Origin: Vicugna vicugna
Taxonomy: Eukaryota
DNA: 64,000 nt
Direction of reading: 5' to 3'
NCBI GenBank assembly: GCA_013265495.1
Contig: MU058636.1
Span: forward strand, 5,987,741 to 6,051,740
Position 1 is the stretch's first letter. Every line of letters begins with the position of its first letter. The notes under the pieces are model-generated. The model ran no database searches. It saw nothing but the letters and a program-made list of their open reading frames with translations, and had not been told where the DNA came from. Below, in pieces: positions 49,798 to 62,640 of this stretch. A program made the translations under genes and the position numbers.

Positions 49798-49960
49798 GTT
49801 TGCTCAACACCCACGGTGTGCCAGTAACCATGGTACTCATGTTAGCTGCATTGGTTAATTCAACTCTTGAAACTACTTTGAGGCAAGTATCCTTGGTCTC
49901 CCTCTGTAGGAGGAATCACATGACTTGCCCAAGGTGATCAAGTTCACAGAGATAGCTTGT
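49798..49960 (-). mobile_element. MIR
   Basis: ttaattcaactcttgaaactactttgaggcaagt...tgacttgcccaaggt. Confidence 0.55.
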
Positions 49961-50899
49961 GCCCTGCTGCCCATGGTGGAGGATAAACTAACAGCTTGAG
50001 GTACTGTCTCTACTCTCAGAAAGCTTATGGCATTTTGAGGAAGGCAAGACACTCACCAAAACAGAAATATACCATGAGAGCCTCTGCAGAATGGGGGTGT
50101 TTCTGGAGATTGCTGACTGATGGACAAGGTTAGATAGGCTGAGACAACAGTCCTCCTTTCCCCATGAAATCATCCTTATCCTTGTAGCCAAGAGGCTCAG
50201 AAATGTTCTCAGTCTGTCCCTCCTCATTCACTGCCCATCATTTAAATGCACCCTGGCTTGTTGATAACCAGTGCGTTGGCGCCAGTGTGGAATAAGGAAA
50301 CACAGTATATAGTCAGATTCATCTGGTGACGGGGCAGGAGTCAGGGAGATCAGTTAGGAGGAAGGTGTGCTCATCAGGGTGACAGCAGCTGGGTCTAGAC
50401 TGAAGGGAAAGGTTGAGTATGTCCGTGAGGCCAGACCTTGTAAAGGAACCAGAGAGAGAAATAGGGGCTGGGTTGTTTGCGAGAGACAAGAAAGAAGAAT
50501 GACTGGCGACAGGAGGAAAAGGCGGGGTGTGTATGTGCACACGTGCGTGTGTAAGGGGAGGGACTCTTTGTGAAGAATGTTGCATGTGGTCCCTAAGTTA
50601 GTTATTGGAACGAGAAGGAGTTTATCCTAATTCACACTTACGGGTTGATCAGATGGAGCTCCCAAGATAGGAGGTATTTAAATACCACATTCAAGGGGAG
50701 GGATTATACAAAAATATGATTCACTGGAGGTTACCTTAGCATTCTACCTACCGTATTTCCTTTTTCTCCTTTAAGTCTATTCATTTTTCTTTGCAGACAA
50801 TCTTCCCATTCTCTATTACTCAAACCAGATTTCCCTAGCTCAAATTTTTTCTTAGATCTTCAGAACCATTTGAACACTTTTCAGATTGCATTGGTATAA

Positions 50900-51870
50900 T
50901 GAAACTACCTGTGTCCCCTTAGCAATGAGACATAACCATTGTTAATACTGTGATATAATTCACGCTGCCACTATATATATGACATATAGAAAATATAACT
51001 GTGTAATTCTAAACAAAAAATAGTTCCACTACCATCCTGCTTTACAATTTACTTCTTTACCTGACAATATGTCATGACCATGCCCATACCATGAAATATT
51101 CTTTTATAGCATAATTTGTAATTGTGTTGAAGTTTTGTATCACATATATACCTTACGATTTATTTAACTGGCTTACTTTGTTGGCCATTTAGATTATTTC
51201 CAATATTTTACTATTATGAAAGTTTTTTAAATAAACTTTTCCAGTGTTGTCTTTGCCTATAATTATAATTGGGTTTGGTAGGGTTAATTTCCAGAAGTGA
51301 ATTTTTGTGCATCAAAGAATATGTACTTTTAAAACTTTTTATTTGAATTGCACTCCAGAAACTTAAAATTTAATCAGCAGTATATAAGAAGGTCCAAAAT
51401 GAAGCACTGTGTGTGTGTGTGCGCGCGCACACGCACACGTGTGTACTTTTCCTGTCACTTTTCTAGCATATTGCTATTTTTCAAGTTACATGACTGATAT
51501 AAATTATTTTAAACAAGTAGGAAATCTCAAAAGTCTCTAATACAGAATTAATTTTCTCTTTATTCTTGTAATTCCATCTATCTGAGATTACAATATTAGC
51601 AGTTTGCTGAGAATACCTACAAACCATCCTCAGTTAATGTGTCTCTGTCTTTCTTAATTGAAAAGTTGAAAAATGGTATCTCATTCCTGCTTTAATTTGA
51701 TTTCCTGGAGTTACTAGTGAGGCTAAACTCTTGGTAATTTGCATTTTTCTTTTCTTAGTTGCTGGTTCATTTCACTGATCATTAATTATTATGATGTCAA
51801 ACATTTTTTACCTTGAGATGATCCAGTTTCAATATTGTTTAACCTTTACATTTGAGTTTACTTCCTTTTG
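50900..51870 (-). mobile_element. Old L1ME 3' fragments
   Basis: tttgttggccatttagattatttccaatattttactattatg; aaaaatggtatctcattcctgctttaatttgatttc. Confidence 0.6.
51408..51446. repeat. (TG)n(CG)n(CA)n alternating purine-pyrimidine tract
   Basis: 39 bp of uninterrupted alternation. Confidence 0.9.
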
Positions 51871-51955
51871 CTGAAAACCAGCTGCTTTGCATACAGAGAA
51901 GCAAATGCTCACTTCCCAACTGCATTCTACTCAGGAAATAATCATAATTACCACA
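51871..51955 (+). repeat. 85-bp composite copy of 49602-49626 + 49736-49797
   Basis: Exact identity by direct comparison. Confidence 0.95.
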
Positions 51956-53719
51956 AAATATATTTTTGGGACATTGCTTCACATCACAAATAACTTAAAT
52001 TTGAGGATTAAAACCTATTTTAATATAGATCAAAGACCAGTCCAAAATATCATTTGATTATGAAATATTTCATTTCCCAAATGATGCCTTATTTATTTCA
52101 GATAAAAATGTGTATCACTTAATTCCAATACACTGAAAGTGTTTAAGATGTACCCAATATTATTGTTATAGGATTTTATCTGTATTAGAAAAATTCATAG
52201 TGTGTTCAAAAGACAGTGCTGTATTTGTATTTTTGCATTGTTACTTTTCTTGCACATCTCACATGTCTATTATATTCTTTAACTACACATACACAATCTT
52301 TTGTGTTAGTATTAATGACTAGCATCAAGCTGGAAAGAATTCATATACTTCCTAAAATTGTCCAGGCACAAAACTAGAAATAAAATGTATCCTGTGAGAG
52401 GCTGACATATTTCTCATTAGCATAGTGACAAAGGCAAATGTGAGAAGGCATGGTGCATTTTCAGAGGGTGGATTTCCCTTTTGGGTCTTTGATTTATAAA
52501 ACTCCAAAAGTGCCTCTGTGAAGAGCTTCAGTTTTAGAGAAAGAGATGAAAGGTACCAGGCAGAGCTTAGTAGAGTTAGCTTTCAAAACAGTTTTTGTTG
52601 TGTTTTTTCTTTTTCCTAGAAATGGGTTATAGAATCTAACTTACAATTTTATAAATCTGTGATGAAGACAAGGAAATAAGGGCTAGCATATTCTTTATTG
52701 ATCATGCTCTCTCTCCATCTGTTGCCTCCATCTGCACCAGGGTTTTCCCTCATTCTCTAGTTCTGTATAGATTCCTTCAGTATACTGTCTTTTTTTAAGC
52801 AACTTTTAAAAATAGTAGGATTACTGTTTACTGGTAAAAGTTACTGATTTCAAACATGAAAATGACAGGAGTGCCTACTGTCAGTGACTAGGAGTTAGTC
52901 AAATTCAGCACAGAGAGAAATGGGATCACAGACCCCAGCACTGAAAACAATGGAGGAGAAAGCTGGGAGAACAAATCGTATTCGGCTTTGGAAATTAAGA
53001 AATCTGCCGTGCACAGTGAATGAGAAGAATACCAAAGCCCCAGATGGGAGGAAGCCACCACCATTCCTGGTAGATTTGTCCAGTGTAGTGTGCAGGTATC
53101 CGGGTACTAGATTATTTTCAGTGCTTGTTGGTATGTCTGTATCATTTCATAATGAAAAAAGAAATTTTTAAATGAAATAGGGAAAAAGAGAAAGAAAACA
53201 TTGATAGTAATGTTACCACAACAGCAACCTTCAATTGTGTGGAAGAATACATCTTCTTGATAATCACTTCTTGATGATAATTGCCCTCAAAGCGGCCATT
53301 CTTCCCTCTTGGTGAGACCTTGAGACCACGCCCCCTCCTCTCACAGCTACAGCATCCTTTAGAAGTCACACTGGAGAACAGCTTAGTGTAACTACAGCTG
53401 AGAAAAGTAATTAGGACATGTTGAAAGCCAAATGAAAACTGGGTCAACCCTAAAGATAACCATCACCCCAGAGAAAGGAGGGGAGATTATCAGTGTGGTT
53501 AAAAAGTAGACTAAAACCAAAATTGGGTTCGAAAACTCTAGGTCCCTGGAACCCATCCCCCAACCTCAGCCTGGGTGTAAGTCAGAAGCGTGATCTCATT
53601 TCAGTTAGCATGTGGGTGTTCGTCCCTCTTCTACCAGCAACAGAGTGACTGATCTTCTGGGCAATATTTATTTCCGTGTGTAAGGTGTTATATTTGGGGA
53701 AAATAGCAGTCTTATTTCT

Positions 53720-54088
53720 TCATGGACTTAATATTTAAATTTTTTTCAGATGTACTGCTTTATGCTTTTAGTGTCTTAAGAAAATCTTAGCCTACCAAAA
53801 ACTTGTGAAGATTTTCTCCCATTTACTCAAAGAAGTTTCAAGGCTTTAGTTTTATGGTTAAGTCTATATTCTGTGCTGAATTAATTTTTATGTATGATGT
53901 GATGTAAGAACATATGTTTCGTCTATTTTTTACATTTGGATATCCAGGTCTTCCACAATCATTTGTTGAATGAATTCCTCCATGGAACTACCTTGGCACC
54001 ATTGTTGAAAAATCTATTGACTGTAAATGTGTGGATCTATTGCTGGACTCAATTTTGTTTCATTGATACATATGTTCATTCTTATTCC
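53720..54088 (-). mobile_element. L1M ORF2 segment, inverted 5' part of the adjacent L1
   Basis: Minus strand encodes decayed KNRHIDQWNRIESPEIDPHIYSQLIF (ORF 54014-54196 ends SPAIDPHIYSQ). Confidence 0.8.
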
Positions 54089-55712
54089 ATCAGAACTAAA
54101 AACATCTGCCAAAGGAATGACACTATTAATAAAATGGAAAGGCAAGCCGCGGACTGGGAGAAAGTATTCACAATGAACATTTATAACAAAGGACATGTAT
54201 CCCCAATACCTAAAGAGCTCTCACATCTCAGTAATAAGAAGTAAGCAACTCAATAAAAATGGACAAAATAGTTTAACAGAAATGTTAAAGAGAGGATACT
54301 CAAGTGAGTAATAGGAGCATATGAGAAGCTGTCCAACATCGTTAGTCTTTAGGGAAACATAGATAAAGCCAGAATGAGATACCACCGCACACCCACGAGA
54401 ATGACTAAAGCTGAAAATCTCGATAATATCAGGAGATGATGAGGATGTAGGTTGAGTTTTGAATATTGATTTTCATTAATTTTATCTTGAATGCACACAC
54501 ATGGTGTTCCAGGTCAGAAGACAGATTCATTTTATTATTTATATAATAATAACTGTACCAGGTCTCCTTGCCCCATTAATTACCACTGTAGAAATGCAAT
54601 GAAAGCCAGATGGAAAAACTCCCTATTGGAGAGGACCCACACGCTATAGGCAAGAGATGGAGAAACATGGATTTTCTTTGCTTATATAGAGAAGAAAGGG
54701 GCAGCTACCACCTTGTTCCCTCCCAGAAGGAAGCTTTTCTCCTTGGAGATGGGACAGAAAGAATCCTGGGTTCTCATTCTAACTTTTAATAATACAAACA
54801 CATCTCCAATGACCAGATAAGCAACTCTGTCTCCAGCTTTTATAATCTAGAGATATTTCCAAAGTAATAGACCTCATTTTCCCTCGAAATGTAGACACAT
54901 ATGTCCAGAGTTAGATAACTGTCTCTGAAGTTCTCTTACCACCCATACATTTGTAAATTAACTTCCCAAGGCTGGTTCTTAGCTCAGAATCTCACATTTT
55001 TCATCCCAATTCTGCAGAAACAAAAATGTTTTCCCTATATCCCATAATGTGTAACAACTGGAACTCATATACTGCTGATAGGGATATAAAATGATATAGC
55101 TACTTGGAAACTATTTATTTATTTAATAAAGTTAAATATACAATTACCCTGTGATCCAGCAATTTCACTCCTGAGTATGCACCTAAGAGGAATGAAAACA
55201 TATTCACACAAGGACATACACAAATATCATAACACTTTTATTTACAATAGCCAAAACTAGATACAACTCAAATGTTCAACAACAGGTGAGGGGGTAAACA
55301 AATTGGATATGTCCATACAAAGGAATACCACTAGCCAGTACTAGAAAGGTGTGAAGTACTCAGGCACTCAGCATGTGTGGATCTCAAAACTATTTTGCTG
55401 AGTAAAAGAAGCCAGGCACAAAAGAGTACGTACTGTATGGTTCCATTGATATGAAATCTTAGAAAAGGCAAAACTAGCCTATAGTGACAGAAAGCAGGTC
55501 AGTGGTACTCTGGGGCCAGGGTGAGAGTGGAGTTCAACTGCTAACAGGCTTGAGGAAACTAAAGGATTGATGGAAATCTTCTGCATCTTAATTGTGCTGG
55601 TAGTGGCATTTGTTTACAGTGAGTGTTTACATGTGTGAAAACCCGTTGAAGTCTACACTTGAAATGTGTGCATTTTATTGTTTGTGAATTTTATCTCAAT
55701 AAAATTGATAAG
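54089..55712 (+). mobile_element. L1MD/ME ORF2 end and 3' UTR, interrupted by an LTR-like insert
   Basis: DTINKMERQAADWEKVF; gaggatgt continues at gtaacaactggaactc (55051); ends ttatctcaataaaatt. Confidence 0.85.
54449..55046 (-). mobile_element. About 600-bp insert, probable old ERV1 solo LTR (MER67/MER89/MER90-type)
   Basis: Cleanly interrupts L1; ATGT on both sides (54445-54448, 55047-55050) as possible 4-bp TSD; termini degenerate. Confidence 0.55.
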
Positions 55713-56814
55713 TTAATGGTTCATTTTTATACTGCATTGACTTGTTAGTTTAATTTGGCATATATATTTTTAAGTAAACACTGGGTGACATATTTACCAA
55801 GCTCAGTCTCATAGTTACACTTAATGGGCTACAGTACCATAATGTATTGTATAAAAGTTAGGCAATGAGTGGTCAAGTTATAAACTATGTTTAATATGCC
55901 AAAGAATCATTGGATTTCAAATGGCTATCTTGAATCTTAGATTTAAGTGCAAAAAATAAAAATGCTGGTATTGAGAATGTGATGAACTCTAGTGCGGGTT
56001 TGAATTTCAAATACTACATGTAAATATTATAGATAAGAAGGAAATACTTTTAATATTTTTAGGTTTAGTATTAAACCCAGAGCTTTAGTGCCTATCTGGC
56101 TACTATTTAGGTGAAAGTCTTGAGGTCTTTGGCAGTGGAATGTAATAATATGGTTAGAGAATAAAAATGGTAGAAAATTTAGCACAAATAAGGACTAAGC
56201 AGCATAAGTTTGTATGACATGTAGATGCATGGAGACAATGCCCAATACTTGGTAGCAACTTAAACGTGAATGCTGGTTTTCAAGCCACCGCAGCTGTAAA
56301 CAGCTTGATCTCCGACACGCACCCTTCTGCCAGGAAATTTATAATAGAGAAAAGGGGCCAGGCAAGTAGATAACCTTACTTTCATTTTCATACAAAGTCA
56401 TTTATGTGATTCTAAGAAATGTTTTCTAGCATTTTCCTCTCAAAATCTATCTTTGAAAGCTTTATAAATCCTAGGACAGTCCTAAAGCTTTCCTTCAGTT
56501 AACTGATTTGTTGCAGTACAATTAAAGTAGTAAATATACAAAAAGGGGAAGTAAGAATTTTTATATTGTACATTATGATACTGTAGCCTATTAAATATAA
56601 CTTGATGAGATTGAACATGGTTACTGTGTTGCCCAGTGTTTACTTTAAGTGTTTATGCTAAATTATACTAATACACTTATAAGTTTTATATAAAGTTGGC
56701 GATTAAACCCAGCATTATGGCTAAATAAATTTGGATGCTAGATCCTTATCCAGATTTTAACTTTTTTTTTTAGTATTTTTTTCTGAGAAAATTAAATTTT
56801 GTTTTAATGTTATT

Positions 56815-58080
56815 TGATTTCAACAAATGGTGTTGGGACAAGTGACTATCTGCATACAAAAGAATGAAATTGGACTCCTACCTCATACCTTATACAAAAA
56901 ATTAACTCAAAATGTTTCAAAGACCTAGATGCAAAAGCTAAAACCATAGAGCTCTTAGAAGAAAACTGAAAGGACTACATATTTGTGACCTTGGATTTGG
57001 CAATGGCTTTTTATATATGACACCTAAATCACAAACAACAACAACAAAATTATAGCTAAATTGAACTTCATAAAAATTAAAAGCGTTTAAGCTTCAAAGG
57101 ACAGACACTATTAAGAAAGTGAAAAGACAACACACAGAATGGGATAAAGTATTTGAAATTCATATTTGATAAGGTTCTTGTCTTTGGAATATATAAAGAA
57201 CTCTTATAACTCAAAAATAAAAAGGCCACCCAATTAAAAACCGGGCAAAGGCTCTGAACGACATATCTCCAAAGAAGATACACAAATGGCAAATAAGCAC
57301 ACTTAGTTGTTCAGTATCATTTGTCATTAGGAAAATGCACATCAAAACAACAATGAGATACCACTTCACACCCGTGAGGAAGGCTGTATTCAAAAGTAGA
57401 AGTAATTAGAACTGCTGATGAAGATAGGAAGAAATCAGAACCCTCATACACTGCTGCTGGGAATGGAAAGTTGTGTAGCCACTTTGGAAAAAAGTCTGGC
57501 ACTTCTTCAAAAAATTAAACATAAAATTACCATTTGACCCAGCAATTTCACCCTAGTTATATATCTAAGAGTAATGAAAACATATGTCTACACAAATGTT
57601 GTTCATGAATGTTACTAACAGCATTATTCAAATGACAAAGAGAGCTCAGTATCTATGAACCGGTGAATGAATAAACAAAAGTGGTATAACCATACAATGG
57701 AATATTACTCAGCAACTAAAAGGAGAGCAGTATTGATACATGCTGCAGCATGGATGAACCTTGAAATCATTATTCTGAGTGAAAGAAGCCAGTCATGAAA
57801 GACCACATATTACATGATTCCATTTATATGAATTGTCCAGATTAGGCAAATCTATAAAGAAATCTATATAAAAAAAAGTAGATTAGTGGTTGTCTAGGGC
57901 TTACAGGAATGGTATGGAGGGCTCTGGGGTAACAGAGGGTATGGGGTTTCCTTTTGGGTGGAAAAAAATGTTCTAAAATTGAGATGATTGCACAAGTGTT
58001 TAAAATCATTGAATTACACACTATTTAAATGGATGAATTGTATGGTTTTTAAGTTATATTTCAACAAAGCTGATACAAAA
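56815..58080 (+). mobile_element. L1MB ORF2 end and complete 3' UTR
   Basis: ttcaacaaatggtgttgggacaa...aaaaattaactcaaaatg; acaatgagataccacttcacaccc; catggatgaaccttgaaa; tatatttcaacaaagctg. Confidence 0.92.
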
Positions 58081-60529
58081 ATCATTCTTATTTGCAATAT
58101 TTTTTATTTATAATACTTTTCTGGCAAAATAACTCAGTGTCAGTAGAAGGTTGTTTCCCTATATATACATGGAAATTCTTAAAATACTGTCAGTTTGAGA
58201 TGTTCACATGTATTTTTCAAATTATTGAATCTTAACTATGATGTAGAGATTTCCAAAAGATGGATATATTAAAAAATTTGCAACTTTTAGGTTATGGTGC
58301 ATGTGGTTCTGGTTGAATACACCTTTCACTTAGTTATGATGAAGTATCCTATTGTCATCAGTACCAAAACTTTTTGATTTTGTAAACAAAGTAGAAATTT
58401 CTACCTTAAAATTGCTTGTTTCTCATAAACTATCACACAATAGAATTGCTCATGGAGTGGGGATATTATGGAGAAAGCCACTGGCCAGGATCAGATTCTG
58501 GAGTAGAATAACTCGTAAGTCTCATGGGAGTAGCCATGGGTGTGAGCAAAAGGAAATATCCTTGTCCTGCCTTCCTGAGTGGTTCTTATTAGGTCTCTGC
58601 ACCTACGGTGTGATCATGGACCACTTCATGACTTAAGTTAGAAATGGATCTACAGTGCCCCTTTACAGACCAATGTTATCTACCAGTGTGGGTCACACAG
58701 GACCCGCAACATCTAAGAATTTGTGATGGCAAGCTAACATGAAAAGTTTTCCACTCATGTACTACAAAACTGAAAACTCCCTTGATTGCCAGGAAAACAA
58801 AACACAAACCCTGTATCAAGAATGCCAACATGGTGCTAACATGGAAATGGACTGTAGACTTGGCCAAGTGCAAACAGAGCGATATCATCAAAAAACCACT
58901 TGAAATATCAAGGGAAGCCTGCAAACTGGTCTCTTGCATAGTTTCTCCCGTGCAACTTCTTACCATCACTAGGAATGAAAACCCCAGTCTTGGCACAGAG
59001 CTCCTGACCTGGCTCATCTGGCGGTGATGCTGAGTGAGTGACAGCACACACCCAATCAGCTCCTGGGCAAAGTGATGCCACCTCAATCAGGGAGGGATCA
59101 ACAGTTTCAGGAAGCCCTGAGGCTCAGTTTTAAACAATATGGTGCAGCTGTGGACTGCTGAGACACAGCAGCGGCGAACGGATAAGGCATCTGTGAGGAT
59201 GAAGGAGCTATGCTGAATGAAGGCTGCAGGCCGGATCGAGTCTGAGTGGCCAACTCTCAAACACCTGTGGGCTCAGCAAGCAGTGTTTGCAACTATAAAT
59301 CAAAGCTCTGCTTTCATGTGGACAGAGCGTGGGGAGAAGCACTCTTGCCTGTGTGTTGGTGTTTTAAACCGCACATGCACACATCACCAGAGTCGCCTCT
59401 GAATGTCAAAGGCAGCATTTTATTCTGCGACACATCAGGCAATGTTTTGATGTCTTCAGTATTTTCTGTTGCCCATAGGGTGTAGCGTTAATGATTTCTT
59501 CAGATGTATTAAGAAATGTTTTAAAAATAAAAAGAATTTTCAAAAGGTCCAACGTAACATCTATCTACCAGAAATGTATGTTAGATGCTGTTTTGTGAGA
59601 GATTTTTCTAATGATTTTTAAAAATCGGGAAATTGGACACTTCACTTGGTAATGATGCATCTTTGAAAAATTGCTCTTAGAATGATGAATACAATTATTC
59701 GATAATTATAGACCAGAAGGAAATCATGGATTTTTCTTTTAAAACTTAGGTTAGCATTTTGAAAACAGAGTAAAATACATTGATATTCAAATTATGCTCA
59801 AATATTTATTTCATTTCTACAAACATTCAGTTATATGGACTTTTGTATTGAAAAATTATTTGAATTCTCCTAAGAGGTCATTGAAGAGATTGAGAGAGGT
59901 TGTCTGTATAGTTTATCAGGTCCTGTACAGAAATAATTATACAATCACTCCTCAGCCTTAGTTTCCCACCTAGTAGCTGATTTCTTTTTGTGGCAAGCAT
60001 TTTCCCCAGATGAACTGAACCAGTTAGAGGACCAGTTCTTAAGATGATCCAGCTCGCACAGTGACGTTAGGAGAGTCTATCCTGCATCCTCCCGTCTGAG
60101 CTGCTTGACCTCCCAGCCACTGAACAGGAGTGGATTTAATGACTCACCAGTGCACTGCTGATGCTCTGTCAAAGGGCACGTCTTTCTCTTCAAGAGGAGG
60201 ACTGAGCATTATCCTGAGAATTTTGGCCCCATACTCACTTCTGCCACAGTCCAAATTTCCCAGGAGAAGTTGTCTTTCCATATTCTAGTGGTACTTATCT
60301 TTCTATGATGAATTTTGCACAGGCAAAGTGGATAAAAGAATTGGAGCACTTAATTATTCTTCAGAGGGGGAAAACAGTCTTTTCTCTTTGATAATTATCT
60401 CAGTTTTTAAGTTAATTTTGACAATGGGGACTTGGTCTCAGGCAGAAACTTTTAAATAAAGCTGGAAGAAATGTTTTACGAGAGATGTGAAAATGCTCAC
60501 TACTAAGTTCAGGCTATTGCAAAAGATAA

Positions 60530-62640
60530 TTATTTGCCTGATAGCTCACACAGTAATTTGAAAGATACAGTGTTTTATTTCTATCCAGTTAATCCATGTA
60601 CCTAATTTTAAAGAGAAGTAGTACTTCTGAATTTAATATGAAAAACATCCATCAGCTCCTCATTCTGTCTCTCATCATGACTAATTTTCACACCCCAGAG
60701 ACAACCACTTTTAACTTTTTCTGGCGCTTTGTTACCTATATTTACTTTCTAGTAAAACTTCTTGATTTCCTTGAAGATGATGATTACCTTCTTTTTATTT
60801 TTCCTTTTTACAAATATGCCATGGAACAATTTCATCTTTGCCAGAAGCAGTAGATTCAATGCAGCAGGTCATATAGCCCCCAACTGTGTGTGTGTGTTAT
60901 TATTCTATTTTCTTACCTATAACTTCTAGAGTCCTCCCTTCTCTGGCATCAGTTTGTAATGCTTGTTCCTTAGGCTTATGAAGGCTTTATCCACCATCAT
61001 TTCTGGAATTCCCTTCTTTCTCCTATGTTACAAGGCCTATATCCTGAAACCCAATTTTCTTTTTTAGGGAAGTCCTCCCTTATTTTGTGAAATACATCCT
61101 CCAGTAACTCCATAAGATAAGGTACTTCAAGGGTAAAATTTTTTAATGTCTGAATAAGTTTTAATTAACCTACACTTTTGATTGACAGTTTGCCCAGATA
61201 TACATGTTTAATATTTTCCCCCTGCATTTTGAAGGACTTGCTCCACTGTCTTCTAATTTCCATTGTTGCTTTGGGAAGTATGTCATTTGTATTCATGACT
61301 CTTTAAATGCAGCCTTTTTTTCCCTCTGGAAACTTTTAGCATTTTATTTTTATTTTTAATATTGTGAAATTTCAGGAAGATATGCCTTTTCAGGAAGACA
61401 AGTTTTTTTTTTTTAATTTTATTGTCCTGAGCACTTTCAGCTGGAAATTTGTTTTATTCAATCTTGTGGAATTTTCTTGAAATATTTATTTAATCATTTT
61501 CTTCCCTCTGTTTTCACTCTTTTTTCCCTTCTGGAGTTCCTACTGGTCTAGTACTGGAAGTCCTAATCTATTAACCTTTTTTCCTGTATTTTGCCTCTTT
61601 GTTAAGTTTTTCTTCTTTCTGAGATATTTATTAAATTATGGCTTTCAGCTTTTTTTAATTGAATTTTTGCCTTCTAATTTTATTTCCCAAGAACTCTTTA
61701 TTTTCTGAAAAGTTCTTTTTAAAAAGCATCCTTTCCGGAATACAATTTCTTCTCTTCAATGTCTGAGAATATTACGGTTTTAAAAAGGTAATTTTCTGTT
61801 CTATTTGCTGTGTTAGAGTTTTCCTTTTTCTTTGTTTTTAATTGGCTTTGTTCTTTTCAGTGATCACGTTTAAAATAGACATAAACAGTACTGCTAGGAA
61901 GTTGATGTTTCTTGGTGCACCTTGTCAACTGTGGACCTTCGATATCGGGTGATTGGTTGTAGCCCAGGTGTTTCGCCGCGGGACCCACGGTTGTGTATGT
62001 CGGCAGGTCCTTTCCCACGGGCAGGTGAGCGTTCGCAGCTTTCTGCTTAAGGGACGCGGAGATCCCGCTTCTGGCTGCCTGGGAGCTGGGTGGTGAAGGC
62101 TGCTGAGTGCCCGCAGTTCAAAACGTCGACATTCACCTGACGTCCCTGTTTAGTACTGTCCCGCCCCTTTGCCCTGAGCTGTCTCTCTTACGAACAACCC
62201 CCGATTCTTTCAGGTTAATCTCCAGAGAGGAAACCTCTAGGCTTCAGTCGTATTGGGAAACAGATAATCGCAACAGAGAAGGTCAGTTTTTCATTTAAAA
62301 ATTTATTCAGTCGTTCAACTCATCCTGCTGTTTTCAGCCCCTGCCCCTGCGCTTTTAGAAGGAACTATTACTGCCGTTTCCAGAGCGTTTCAAAGGGCTG
62401 TAAGGTGGCCGTCATCTTGCTTCTTGTTAGTAGCCCCTACTGTAGTCTTAGATTGTAGTTTTCTCAGATATTGGAAGTCCGTTCCCACTCAATCTGTATT
62501 CCAACTTCTAGATTTTGTTTGTATCTCTTACATGTTCTGATTCTGTTCTTTGTCTTCATGGATTTTCTTCTTTTTTATTGCTTTACTTTTATCTTAAATA
62601 TGATTTGAAAAGTGGGAAGATAGACTCTGTATTCAATTTC
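60530..62640 (-). mobile_element. Old L1ME/HAL1-type element (3' piece plus ORF1 and 5' region)
   Basis: T-rich reverse ORF1 blocks attttgaaggacttgctccactgtcttcta, tccctctggaaacttttag, ccttctggagttcctactggtc. Confidence 0.65.

Noticed and set aside
58352..59485. Cluster of overlapping ORFs (61-136 aa) in unique DNA
   Set aside because: No recognisable homology or consistent splice structure; more likely non-coding or regulatory
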